NCBI GenBank assembly: GCA_965238005.1
Contig: OZ250165.1
Span: 480,001-544,000 of the forward strand
Direction: 5' to 3'
Length of the DNA stretch: 64,000 bases
Source: Longimicrobiales bacterium
Lineage (GTDB): Bacteria > Gemmatimonadota > Gemmatimonadetes > Longimicrobiales > Gaopeijiaceae
The translations under genes were made by a program, and so were the position numbers. Shown piece after piece: positions 49,647 to 59,828 of this stretch (the first letter of the stretch is position 1; every line of letters begins with the position of its first letter). Under the pieces are notes generated by a model. It was not told where the DNA came from, searched no databases, and saw nothing but the letters and a program-made list of their open reading frames with translations.

Positions 49647-50993
49647 TAGTACCGGTTCCGGTTTGCTGGACAAGTCGGCGGCCTAATCAAGCCGCCTTCA
49701 GGGTGAGCTCCTGACGGACCTGGGCCGGGGTCCGATACCCATGCCGCTCTAGGAGCCACCCGCGGTTGTAGCGTTCGATAAACGCGTCGATCTCCTGTCT
49801 GGCCTCCTCGAGACTCTTGAAGTCGTGGAGGTACAAGCACTCCTCCTTCAGCGTCCGCATGAAGCGCTCTGCGACGCCGTTGCACTCCGGCTCTCCCACG
49901 TACGAGGCCGTCGAGCGGATCCCGAGCCAGGCCAGCTCCCCCTGGAACTGATGCGCCGTGTACTGCGGTCCCCAGTCGTGCCGTAGGCCGAGCCCCAGAG
50001 CGATCTTGGGCGCGTAGTCGTCCATGTGGGTCCGTACGCCCTGGCGGATCGGCTCGAGCGCTGCCCACCGATCGCCCTTCTTCGCCACGTGCCAGCCCAC
50101 CACGTCCGTGACGCAGTGATCCACCGCCACGAAAAACCAGCACCACCCATCCTCCTTCGTGTAGAACCGCGTCGCGTCCGTGCCCCACAGCTCGTTCGGC
50201 ACGTCCGTCGTGATCCGGCCACTGTGGCTCCGGTCCCCATGCGGATGCTTCCCGCGTCGTACAGGGGCCAGCAGCCCATTCTCCCGCATCAGCCTGAGCA
50301 CGCGGTTCTTGCCCACATGGATCCCCTTCGGCCTCAGGCGCGCCCTCACCTTTCGATGACCCTCGCCCAGGAAGTCGCTCTGCTTCAGCACCTGTCGGAT
50401 CTCCTCTACCAACTCCTCGTCGCTCAGCTTCGTCTTCGGTCCTCGTTTCTTCGGCTCTGCCGGCCCCTCGCTCTCTTCTCGATCCCGGGCCGCATAGACC
50501 GTCGAGCGCCCCACCCGCCAGGCCTCGCAGATCATCGTCAGAGGGTAGGGCCGCCCGGTCCCCGGACTCACTCGCGTCCACGCTTCAAGAGCGTCCGTAG
50601 CTCGTCCCCGTACCCCCTTTTTTCCAGGAGCTCTCTCGCAAGCTCCAGTCGCATCGTCAACTCTCCCAGCTTCGCCTGGGTCCGGGTCAGCTCTCGTTCT
50701 CCAGGGTCCCGGCCCCGGCGCCTCAGCCCCTGCTGACCGGTCTCCAGAAACACCCGCCGCCATTCCTCCAACTCCGGTGGTGAGACCTGCACCTCGCGGC
50801 TGACCTCCACCAGATCCTCCCCCCGCAGCAGGCGCAGCACCACCTCCGTCTTATGCTGTGCGCTCCACCGCTCGGGTACCTTCTCACGACCTTCGGTCGC
50901 CTTCTTTTCCCTCGGCTTCTGGGCCATCACGTCCCTTTCTCTCTGGACCCGCTCTCTTTGCCAATCTACTGTCCAGAGAAACCGGGGGCGCTA
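49647..50993 (-). mobile_element. IS3-like element: orfA 50568..50930, orfB 49687..50571 (rve domain)
   Basis: Imperfect IRs ending CCGGTTT..CTGGACA; CTAAATAG on both flanks; WGTDAT, RHDWGPQY, NGVAERFMRTLKEE. Confidence 0.9.
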
Positions 50994-51119
50994 AATAGGA
51001 ATCCAAAGGCATTCTGCGGCTGGAAGACAAGATAGGGCGCGATGTGGTGGACGAGCCAGGTTGAGGGAACAGGGTCCGACTACGTCACCGAGCGTGGGAC
51101 GGCCTCGTGCCGCAGTTCC

Positions 51120-51245
51120 AACTGCGAGCCCCGGGGGGGACGGCAGGTCAGGATCCGGGACGTTCGACTTCCTCGGCTTCACGATGTACTGGTGCAGGAC
51201 GCGCCGGGGAGGGTGGCGTCCGGGTGAAGACACGCACGGCGAGGG
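51120..51245 (+). pseudogene. Group II intron reverse transcriptase/maturase scrap
   Basis: SGTFDFLGFTMYWCRTRRGGWR matches the RT domain 7 to X-domain junction. Confidence 0.7.
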
Positions 51246-51259
51246 TCCAGAGATTCCTC

Positions 51260-51568
51260 ACAACGGGGTTTGCGGTGGCGATCCTCTCCTCGGGCGCATT
51301 CGATGTCCGGCCCCTGATCAACAAGACGACGGTCAACGGGACGCTTGGCGTCCTCGGCATCATGGTGTTCGCAACCATCGAGGGTTTGGTCTCCGAGGTG
51401 GTTGAAGCTCGCCTTGGCCTGCCGGACATGGTCGGTGCTGCCGTCTCGGGCGGGCTGGTGGCGGGTATCTTCCTCCCGCTGCGAGGCAGGTTCTCAAGAG
51501 GAGTAAATCGGCTGCTGCGATGGACGGATGACGGCAGCGAGGAGCCCAAGGCCCAAGAGGTCGGTTAG
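51260..51568 (+). pseudogene. C-terminal fragment of a membrane protein
   Basis: FDVRPLINKT...GIFLPLRGRFSRGVNRL; no start present. Confidence 0.45.
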
Positions 51569-51658
51569 CTCGTCGCGCTGTCGGTGCCGCCCTGGTTCTG
51601 CTTGCGCCTACCGGACCGCCCTCGGATGTTGACCTCGGTCTGATCCCGGAGTGCGCCC

Positions 51659-51973
51659 GTGTCCGATGGAGTTGTCCGCCTTAACGCCGCCCTAGAAGGT
51701 CGATACGCCATCGAGCGTGAGCTGGGCCGAGGTGGCATGGCCACAGTCTACCTGGCCGACGACCTCAAGCACGAGCGCAAGGTCGCGCTCAAGGTCCTGA
51801 GGCCCGAGTTGGCCGCAGTAGTCGGTGCCGAACGTTTCCTGGCCGAAATCAAGACCACCGCCAACCTCCAGCATCCCCACATCCTGCCGCTGCATGATTC
51901 GGGCGTGGCGCACGGGCTCCTGTTCTACGTGATGCCCTACGTGGAGGGTGAGAGCCTCAGAGAGAAGCCCTGA
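51659..51973 (+). pseudogene. Ser/Thr protein kinase N-lobe fragment
   Basis: ELGRGGMATVYLA, VALKVL, LQHPHILPLHDSG; stops before the HRD and DFG motifs. Confidence 0.9.
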
Positions 51974-52190
51974 CGTTGCCGCCGCTGGAGGTTGGAAGAA
52001 TCCGAACACCCTACGCCTCGTCTACCAGCAAGCCGACCAGGAAACCATGCTCCGGGTGGTGCTCGAGCGTGGCGAACTCAGAGAGGCGAAGTAAGCCAAT
52101 GCGGCCCTTCCGTGCACACCAACGTGCACACACCAAAACGGCCTCCCGAGCCCAAAGCCCGGAAAGCCGCTTGCCTTATACGTTTTCTCA

Positions 52191-52215
52191 GTGGGCGACG
52201 AGGATTTCTAACCCC
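52191..52215 (-). other. Degenerate tRNA 3'-end-like att sequence
   Basis: Reverse strand GGGGTTAGAAATCCTCGTCGCCCAC resembles a T-arm plus acceptor (GGTTCRA.TCC...CGCCCACCA); located at the island/core junction. Confidence 0.45.
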
Positions 52216-52216
52216 G

Positions 52217-55093
52217 CTACCCCTTGGTGTCGTACCAGGACTTCCCTACTCCACCCTCGGCCACCAACGGGACGCTGAGCTCCACGGCGCCCTCCATACG
52301 GGAGACGACCAGCTCTGCCAACGCGTCTTCCTCACCCTCCGGGACTTCGAAGAGCAGCTCGTCGTGGACTTGGAGCAGCATACGAGCCCCCGTATCCGCA
52401 TCGGCCAGCGCCTGGGCCACATCGATCATGGCCTTCTTGATCATGTCTGCCGCCGTGCCCTGGATGGGAGTGTTCTGGGCGACTCGCTCGCCGAACTGCC
52501 GCACGTTCCAGTTCTTGGCTCTGAGCTCGGGAATGTAGCGGCGCCTACCCATGAGGGTCTCCACGAAGCCCTTCTCCCTGGCCGTGGCGATCTGCTCGTC
52601 CAGATAGGCCCGCACCCCGCTGAAGTGCTCGAAGTACTGGTCGATGAACGCCTTGGCCTCGTCGCGGCCGATCCCCAGCTGTCGGGCGAGCGCGAAGGCA
52701 CCCTGGCCGTACAGCGTGGCGAAGTTGATGGTCTTGGCCTGTCTCCGCTGCTCGGACGTCACCTGCTCGAGGGGCACCTCGAAGATGACCGACGCGGTTT
52801 GCTTGTGGACGTCCACTCCCTCCCGGAAGGCTTGGACCAGGGGCTCGTCCCCGGAAAAGTGGGCGAGGATACGCAGCTCGACCTGGGAGTAGTCGGCACC
52901 GTAGAAGAGGTACCCCTCGGCCGGGATGAAGCCCTTTCTGATCTCCCGCCCTAGCTCGGTGCGGATTGGAATGCTCTGCAGATTCGGATCGCTGGAGGAG
53001 AGGCGTCCGGTGGCCGCCACCGTCTGATTGAAGCGGGTGTGGATCCGTCCCGTTCGTGGAATCACGAGCTGAGGCAGCGCGTCTACGTAGGTCGACCGGA
53101 GCTTCTCGAGCTCACGGTACTCCATCATCAGCCGCGGGATCTCGTGTCCCTGCGTGGCGAGCTCCTCGAGAACCGATGAATCGGTAGAGGGTCCGGTCTT
53201 GGTCCGCTTGATCACTGGGAGACCCTGCTTCTCGAAGAGAACCTCGCGCAGCTGGGGCATCGAGTTCAGGTTGAACTCCTCTCCCGCCACCTTGTAGATC
53301 TCCTCCCGTATGAGGGTCAGGTCCCTGTCGAGCCGCTCGCTCATGTCCTGAAAGAAGCCTGTGTCGATACGGATCCCCTCGCGCTCCATCCCCGTCAGCA
53401 CCGGAACGAGCGGCATCTCCAACTCGTGGAACAGTCCACCCAGGCCCTGATCCTCCAGATCGACAGCGAGACGCTCGGCCAAGCGGAGCGCGGCGTCGAT
53501 CTGCTGGCCGGCGTAGTCCCCGGCGACCTCCTGGTCCACTTCGGCGAAGCTGACCCGCTTCTTACCGGTCCCTACCACGTCGTTGTAGGGCGGCAGGAAG
53601 AAGCCGAGGAAATCCTGGCAGAGAGCCTCCAGATTCTGGGTCCGCCGGCCCGGGTCCAGAACGTAGGAAGCGATCGTCACGTCGAAACCGATCCCCGCCA
53701 GGACCACGCCCACCCGATCCAGGACCACGGCCGTGGCCTTGAGGTCGGCTCCCACCTTTTCGACTGTTGGATCCTCCAGGATCTCCACGAGAGGGCGGAG
53801 CTCGACGGTGTCGAGCTCCGCGAGGTTGGCGATCCCGGTTGACTCGAAAGCTAGCGTCGGCTCCCCGGGGGGGACGTGGCCGAAGGAAAGGTAGAACGCC
53901 TCTCCAGGCTCGACGGCCAGGGCGAGGCTCACCAGGCCGGCACGATGATGGTCGGGGAAGGTAGTGTGAACCGCCAGGCCTAAACGACCCTCGACCCGGG
54001 CTCGATCCACCAGAGCAGCCAGATCGTCCGGCTCGGTGACCAGCGTGTAGCAAACCGATGCAGGCTCGGTGGGAGCTCCGGGTATCGACCCGACCGCCCG
54101 CTCCGGAGCGGATTCCTCGGGCCCCTCGGGGGACGTTACATCCGCAACATCCCCCGGTGGAGGGAGTGGTGTGGAGCCAGGTTCCGCGGCCGGGGCGCTA
54201 CGAGGAGCGAAGCGCTCCATGAGACGGCGGAACTCCATCTCCACAAAGAAGCGGTGCAGCCTCTCCTTGTCCGGCTCGCGGACCTTCAGCGCCTCGAGAT
54301 CGAGCTCGACGTCGAGGTCAGTCATGATCGTCACGAGCTCCTTGGAGATGCGAACCTCGTCGGCATTTTCCGTGAGCGAATCCCGAGCTCGCTTGCCCGA
54401 GATCTCCTCTGCATGCTCGAGGATAGCGTCCACGCTGCCGTACTCCTCCAGGAGCTTGAGCGCCGTCTTGGGGCCCACGCCCCTCGCGCCGGGGATGTTG
54501 TCGGAGGAGTCGCCGATCAGGGCCAGGTAGTCGACGACCTGGGAGGAGGGGATGCCGAACTTCTCATGGGCGTTGCTCTCGTCCACCCACTCGGCCGCCA
54601 CTCCGGTGGGTCCCCTCCGTCCGGGGTTCAGCAGATGAATCCTGGGCCCGACTAGCTGGTACAGGTCCTTGTCACCGGACACGATCACCGCCTCGAGCCC
54701 CGCGCCCCGGGCCTTCACGGCCAGCGTCCCGATGACGTCGTCGGCCTCGTATCCATCGAGCTCGACGAGGGCGTCGTTGAAGCCCGCCACCAGCTCCCGG
54801 ACCCGGGGCAGGCTCGCCCGGAGCTCATCGGGCATCTTCTCACGGGTGGCCTTGTATTCCGGATAGACCTTCTCCCGGTGGCTGTTGCCGGCATCGAAGA
54901 CCACCGCCAAATAGTCGGGCTGGTACTTGTCGCGGATCTCGATGAGGAAATTCGCGAACCCGAAGGGAGCCGAGGTGTTCTCCCCCTTGGAGTTGGTGAG
55001 GGGACGGTTGATGAAGGCGAAGAATGCCCTGTAGATCAGCGCGTAGGCGTCAATCAGGAAAAGGCGTGGGGCCTCCTTTGGAGGGACGTCCAT
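52217..55093 (-). CDS. polA: DNA polymerase I
   Basis: LFLIDAYALIYRAFFA, EADDVIGTL, TGRLSSSDPNLQ, ADYSQVELRILAH, AKTINF, LQVHDEL. Confidence 0.98.
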   Translation of the reverse strand: MDVPPKEAPRLFLIDAYALIYRAFFAFINRPLTNSKGENTSAPFGFANFLIEIRDKYQPDYLAVVFDAGNSHREKVYPEYKATREKMPDELRASLPRVRELVAGFNDALVELDGYEADDVIGTLAVKARGAGLEAVIVSGDKDLYQLVGPRIHLLNPGRRGPTGVAAEWVDESNAHEKFGIPSSQVVDYLALIGDSSDNIPGARGVGPKTALKLLEEYGSVDAILEHAEEISGKRARDSLTENADEVRISKELVTIMTDLDVELDLEALKVREPDKERLHRFFVEMEFRRLMERFAPRSAPAAEPGSTPLPPPGDVADVTSPEGPEESAPERAVGSIPGAPTEPASVCYTLVTEPDDLAALVDRARVEGRLGLAVHTTFPDHHRAGLVSLALAVEPGEAFYLSFGHVPPGEPTLAFESTGIANLAELDTVELRPLVEILEDPTVEKVGADLKATAVVLDRVGVVLAGIGFDVTIASYVLDPGRRTQNLEALCQDFLGFFLPPYNDVVGTGKKRVSFAEVDQEVAGDYAGQQIDAALRLAERLAVDLEDQGLGGLFHELEMPLVPVLTGMEREGIRIDTGFFQDMSERLDRDLTLIREEIYKVAGEEFNLNSMPQLREVLFEKQGLPVIKRTKTGPSTDSSVLEELATQGHEIPRLMMEYRELEKLRSTYVDALPQLVIPRTGRIHTRFNQTVAATGRLSSSDPNLQSIPIRTELGREIRKGFIPAEGYLFYGADYSQVELRILAHFSGDEPLVQAFREGVDVHKQTASVIFEVPLEQVTSEQRRQAKTINFATLYGQGAFALARQLGIGRDEAKAFIDQYFEHFSGVRAYLDEQIATAREKGFVETLMGRRRYIPELRAKNWNVRQFGERVAQNTPIQGTAADMIKKAMIDVAQALADADTGARMLLQVHDELLFEVPEGEEDALAELVVSRMEGAVELSVPLVAEGGVGKSWYDTKG

Positions 55094-55559
55094 GCGCTAG
55101 AGTTCCGTTTCCGAAGTTCGCGAGCCACCAAGAGGGTCGGGGCGCCGTGGGATCAAGGCGGGACGACGCGGCGTAGCGCAAGCTACGGTGAGGAGTCCCA
55201 ACGCCGAGCCCACGGATGCACCGTGCCCTCGACTGGCCGAGACACTTTGGTAACGGGACACTAGGAGGGCTCCGCCGTTACGTAGGTCCAGCTGGCCCCG
55301 AACTCGTCCCTGCCTTGGAACATTCGATCCATGGTCCTCCGCATCAGCCTCAGCCTGTCTTCGATCCTGGCCTCGGTCGCAGCGGATCCTGTCACCTTTT
55401 CGGCGCTGCCGACCAAACGTCATAGGCGGAGCAATCTAGACACGCGGCCGACACCCTGCCAGCGCCCCCGGTGGGCCCGGAAGATTCCAACCTTCACGAT
55501 GCCCGCACGGTCCAACGAGGAGCATAAGGCAGCTTCATCTCGACGCGGGGAAGACGATG

Positions 55560-56037
55560 AACACACGACCCAAACTCCTGATCGCCGGTATCGTGAGCAG
55601 ATGAGAGAAGGTCGGTTGGAGGTGGATCTTTCCGACGCCGACGTGATCCTGGAGACCGCGTCTGGCTCCATGTTGGACGTTCGGGCCTACGTGAACGCCT
55701 CCGACAGGGAATGGGCCGCCGGGATCTTCGAGGACATGGACTTCAGCGTGACCGAGCGAGGGAACACGGTGTATGTCGAGGCCGGTGGCCACAACATCAG
55801 CGACCGGGAGTGGCGGGGTCACCGGAGCCTCTCGGTCACGGTCGTCGTGGCGGTCCCCAAGGGGACGGACATCATCGTTCTGACCGACGACGGCGACATC
55901 CACACCTCGGATGGCGACATCGTCGTCGACCGTCTCGAGAGCCGCCGAGCCAAGATCCGGACCTGCTAAACGGCGGCGGGCCCACCATCGACATGAGGAC
56001 CGGAGACGGCTCGATCTCGCTTCGCCGGGGCAACTGA
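55560..56037 (+). pseudogene. DUF4097 beta-strand-repeat protein remnant
   Basis: GRLEVDLSDADV, VAVPKGTDI, TDDGDI, TSDGDI; frameshifted tail LNGGGPTIDMRTGDGSISL. Confidence 0.7.
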
Positions 56038-56071
56038 AAAACGCCCCGCGGACCGTCTCGTCCGCGGGGCG
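56037..56071 (-). terminator. Rho-independent terminator of csp
   Basis: 12-bp stem CGCCCCGCGGAC/GTCCGCGGGGCG with a T5 tail on the minus strand. Confidence 0.85.
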
Positions 56072-56094
56072 CCACTGCTTGGGTTAAGGAGCGT

Positions 56095-56295
56095 CTAGGC
56101 CCTGACTACGTTCGAGGCCTGGCACCCCTTCTCAGTCGTGGCCACGTCGAATTCCACTTCCTCGCCCTCCGTGAGAGTTCGAAACCCGTCTCCCACGATG
56201 GCCGAAAAGTGGACGAAAACGTCCTCACCCTCCTGCTGAGAGATGAAGCCATACCCCTTCGAATCGTTGAACCACTTGACCGTCCCTTTGGACAT
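56095..56295 (-). CDS. csp: Cold-shock protein
   Basis: [24 protein letters not shown]. Confidence 0.97.
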   Translation of the reverse strand: MSKGTVKWFNDSKGYGFISQQEGEDVFVHFSAIVGDGFRTLTEGEEVEFDVATTEKGCQASNVVRA

Positions 56296-56452
56296 TCCGA
56301 CTACTCCTTCTGCAGCATGAAACACTAGCTCTCCGCCGCCCCGGGCTCTCGATCCGGCCGAGGGCGGCGACCGGATCTGCCGACCCGCTCTGAAAGGTTA
56401 GGCACCGTACGGGTCCATCGTCAAGGAGACCCTGCGGGGGCGTGCGGCGCGC

Positions 56453-58870
56453 TCAGTCCTCTCCGTAGAGAAACCGGTACAGGTGGATGTTACGGGTGAT
56501 ATTCTTGACGTAGCCGCGAGTCTCGTCGAAGGGAATCCGCTCGGTGAACCTCAGGGGATCTTCCGCCTCCGGAAGCTGCTTCCATCGTAGCGCTCGCGTC
56601 GGGCCGGCATTGTATGCCGAGAGCGCCAGAGGCAGATTGCCGTCACCATAGCGACGCTCCATGTCCACCCAGAACGTCGTGCCCAGGTGGAGGTTGATCT
56701 CCGCCGTCTCCAGGCTTGCCGGCGTGAATCCCCGTATCCCCTGTTCCCTGGCCAGCTCGCGTCCCGTCTCCGGCATCACCTGCATGAGGCCGATGGCACC
56801 CGCAGGGGAGCGGATCGCCACCGCGAACGCCGACTCCTGCCGGATCAGGGACGCAAGGAAGAAGGGTTCGATGCCCGCCTCCGCCGCCTCTCGCGTCACG
56901 ATCTCGCGATAAGGGAACGGATAGAGCACCCGCAGGAGTCGCCGGCTGTAGGGGCTCCCCTCCCCGAGCAGCTTCCAGCCCAAGTTTATCCCGTCTATGG
57001 TGAAGCCACGTTCGATCAGGTTGTCAGCCAGATCCAGGCTCACCGGCACCGAGCCGTCCGCACGTGCGATGAGCTGGGCCACCAGGCTCTCCGCGCCATC
57101 GTCGAGGCCGGCGGCGGTCAGGAGATCCACCGTGGACAGGCCGGATCGTAGCCACTCGGGTGGATCGGAGACGGGCCCCGTGGGGACCGGGGGGCCGTAC
57201 GACTCATCGAGGCGCTCCGAAACGAGAACCCCGTAGTAGGACACCGGATTCCTCTCCCGAATCATGTCCAGATAGCCCCTGGCCTCCTGATCCTTTCCCA
57301 GCGCCTCGAGACTCCGGGCAGCCCAGTACGCCGCCTGCTCCCACCGCCGTCCGTCCGGGAAGTCGTCCAGATACGCCTGGAACACCCCGGCCGCCGCAAC
57401 GACGTCGTTTCGCAGGAGGTGGATCTGCCCCAGGCGCATCCGGGCGTGACCGGCGGAGCTGAGAGATGGAGCCATGGTCATGGCTCTCTCGAACCCGGCG
57501 GCAGCCTCGGCATATGCACCCCCATCCTGAGCCGCTGCCGCCCGCGCGAACACGATGTCGACGGCCTGGCTGCTCTCGGGAAAGCGCTCGATGATCCAGC
57601 CCTGGATCGTGCGGGCGGCGTCGCGCCGACTCTGGCGCCTACGGGTCCGGAGCCACTGATCGAGCACGCGGAGCTCGAACTCGGGATCGTCGGTCTCGAC
57701 GAGGAGCCGGAATTCACGGACCGCCGCATCGTGCTGCCCCACCGCAGAGAGGAGACGGGCCATGACCAACCCCACTCCCGGATCCATGGCCATCGAGTCC
57801 GGCAGCAGATCCTCGTATCGTCTGTAGGCCTCCAGGGAGCGTCGACTGTTCCGGACACGATCGAGAGTCTGGGCAGCGAGAAGCGCGAGATCGGCATCCA
57901 AGTCGCCCATGTCGAGCAATGCGCTCGCGGCTCGTGCACCGCTGGCGCCGCGAGGATGGACGGCCAGTGAGGCCTGGAGCGCCTGCCGCGCTCCGGCGGA
58001 GTCTCTCCGAGCGAGTCTCAGCGCTCCCACCGCCGAGAAGGCCCGCCCGCGACGCGAGGCCCTGGTCTCGGCTTCCAGGGTCTGCAGATACGCGTCCAAG
58101 GCTCGGGTGGAGTCTCCGGCCACGAGAAGGGTCCGGGCCTCGACCTCCCATGCGACATCCGCCGCCGCGGAGTCTCGCCGTATCCACGGAAGCAACTCCA
58201 CGACGCGCTCCACGTCACCGTTGTCGGACATCCACTCCGCGACGTCCAGGGCAGTCCAGCCCACCAGCTCCGACGACTCTTCACCGGCGGCCTCCATGGC
58301 CTCCAAGACTGACTCCCATCGGCCGGCCCGAGCCGCGGACCGGGCCTCCCGTGACGCCTCCGGCGCCACTGCACTCCTACTCGGTCCGGTCTCCCGGAAT
58401 CGAGCGAAGCTCTCGGCGGCGTGCTCCCAGCGCTCGGCCGCCTCCAGCCCACGGCCCAGCAGCCGGCGGCCCTCGGCACCCTCCAGCTCATCCAGCCAGT
58501 CGACTCCCTCGAGGCCCTCAACCACCCCCGGCCAGTTCTTCCAGCCCGCATCCGCACGAGCGAGAAGCAGGGTCTCCGAAGGATCGGTGCGGTCATCCCC
58601 GTCGCTCCTCGACCGCAGCAAGCGACTCGCGTGCCAGTAGCGGCCGGCGTTCAGCTCGGCCCTTGCCGAGTCGAGGGCAGGATCGGCCGAGGTGGTACCG
58701 AGGGTGCCGGCCGGCCTCGGTACAGGGTAGGTGCTCCGCGCCTGCGGTCCAGGCGAGGGCCTCCAGGCCTGCGGGCCGGAAGAGCCTGCCCCGAGGAGGG
58801 CGAGAAGAAGAAGTGAACCGCCGAATCTCACCGTGCTGCCAACCCCACCGATTCGTACCGAGGTAAACAA
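56453..58870 (-). CDS. slt: Soluble lytic transglycosylase with TPR repeats
   Basis: LIRQESAF, AIGLMQVMP, AYNAGP, IPFDETRGYVK; start uncertain. Confidence 0.92.
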   Translation of the reverse strand: MFTSVRIGGVGSTVRFGGSLLLLALLGAGSSGPQAWRPSPGPQARSTYPVPRPAGTLGTTSADPALDSARAELNAGRYWHASRLLRSRSDGDDRTDPSETLLLARADAGWKNWPGVVEGLEGVDWLDELEGAEGRRLLGRGLEAAERWEHAAESFARFRETGPSRSAVAPEASREARSAARAGRWESVLEAMEAAGEESSELVGWTALDVAEWMSDNGDVERVVELLPWIRRDSAAADVAWEVEARTLLVAGDSTRALDAYLQTLEAETRASRRGRAFSAVGALRLARRDSAGARQALQASLAVHPRGASGARAASALLDMGDLDADLALLAAQTLDRVRNSRRSLEAYRRYEDLLPDSMAMDPGVGLVMARLLSAVGQHDAAVREFRLLVETDDPEFELRVLDQWLRTRRRQSRRDAARTIQGWIIERFPESSQAVDIVFARAAAAQDGGAYAEAAAGFERAMTMAPSLSSAGHARMRLGQIHLLRNDVVAAAGVFQAYLDDFPDGRRWEQAAYWAARSLEALGKDQEARGYLDMIRERNPVSYYGVLVSERLDESYGPPVPTGPVSDPPEWLRSGLSTVDLLTAAGLDDGAESLVAQLIARADGSVPVSLDLADNLIERGFTIDGINLGWKLLGEGSPYSRRLLRVLYPFPYREIVTREAAEAGIEPFFLASLIRQESAFAVAIRSPAGAIGLMQVMPETGRELAREQGIRGFTPASLETAEINLHLGTTFWVDMERRYGDGNLPLALSAYNAGPTRALRWKQLPEAEDPLRFTERIPFDETRGYVKNITRNIHLYRFLYGED

Positions 58871-58933
58871 ACGACTCTACATACTAAGAATAGAGCACAG
58901 GGGCCCGGAAGTGCCCTTCCATCGGCCGGATAG

Positions 58934-58971
58934 AAAAAAAGAGGGGCCACCCCCCTACCGGGTGGCCCCTC
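58934..58971 (-). terminator. Rho-independent terminator after exbB
   Basis: Stem GAGGGGCCACCC/GGGTGGCCCCTC with a T7 tail on the minus strand. Confidence 0.85.
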
Positions 58972-58999
58972 CTGCGCTCGCTGAGCCAGCGCCAGGCTA

Positions 59000-59716
59000 C
59001 TAACCGGCTCGATCCGCCTCCATAGCATGGAGAGCATCGATCATCTTTTGTGCCGACTCCTCCATGTCGATGACCAGGCTGTCGATCCGCGACACGAAGT
59101 AGTTGTGCGAGATGCTCACCGGAATGGCGATCACCAGTCCGGCCGCCGTCGTGAGGAGCGCCACTTTGATCCCTCCAGCCACCAGCGTAGCCTCTACCTC
59201 TCCGGCTGCCTCGATGGACTGGAACGCGATGATCATCCCGATCACCGTTCCGAGAAAGCCGAGGAGCGGCGCGACATTGGTCAGTGTCGCCAGGACCACC
59301 AGTCCCTTCTCGAGCTTGCTGAGCTCGATGAGACCCTGGTTCTCAATGGCCTTCATCACACGTTCCGTGCCCTCCTCGTGGCGCTCGAGGCCAGCATAGA
59401 GGATCTTCGCGGCGGGGGCGTCGGAATTCCGGGTAGCTTCGAGCGCCTCGTCGATCCGATGCTGGGCCAAGAGCTCGTCGACCTCACCGAGGATCTTCTT
59501 CGTCCGGGAGGACTTCATGAGCAGATCGAAGAACTTCCAGATGATGACGATGAAACCGATGACCACGCAGAGGGCCAACGGCCAGCGCATGAAGCCAGTC
59601 TCGTCCCAGACGAACTGCAACCCCTCTCCGAGGGTCTGATCCGGCTGATCCAACCCAGGGAGCTGCATCAGGGCACTGTAGACGCGCATCAAACCGACCA
59701 ACGGGACCTCCAGCAT
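59000..59716 (-). CDS. exbB: MotA/TolQ/ExbB proton channel protein
   Basis: APLLGFLGTVIGMI, GIKVALLTTAAGLVIAIP. Confidence 0.92.
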   Translation of the reverse strand: MLEVPLVGLMRVYSALMQLPGLDQPDQTLGEGLQFVWDETGFMRWPLALCVVIGFIVIIWKFFDLLMKSSRTKKILGEVDELLAQHRIDEALEATRNSDAPAAKILYAGLERHEEGTERVMKAIENQGLIELSKLEKGLVVLATLTNVAPLLGFLGTVIGMIIAFQSIEAAGEVEATLVAGGIKVALLTTAAGLVIAIPVSISHNYFVSRIDSLVIDMEESAQKMIDALHAMEADRAG

Positions 59717-59828
59717 AAAATGTTTTCCACTACACGTCCCGACCCGATAAGCGGGAGGCCAAGACCTGCTGGTTTTTTCAAGCAGTCCGAATTGTGGAGC
59801 GGACCGGCAACCCTGTCAACCCCCGGCC

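Noticed and set aside
48761..50581. 606-aa apparent fusion to NmrA
   Set aside because: The upstream part is off-frame IS sequence; NmrA has its own RBS and ATG at 49627.
51120..51245. Retron, DGR or defence RT system
   Set aside because: Only a short group II intron-type fragment; no catalytic core, template/variable repeats or msr-msd.
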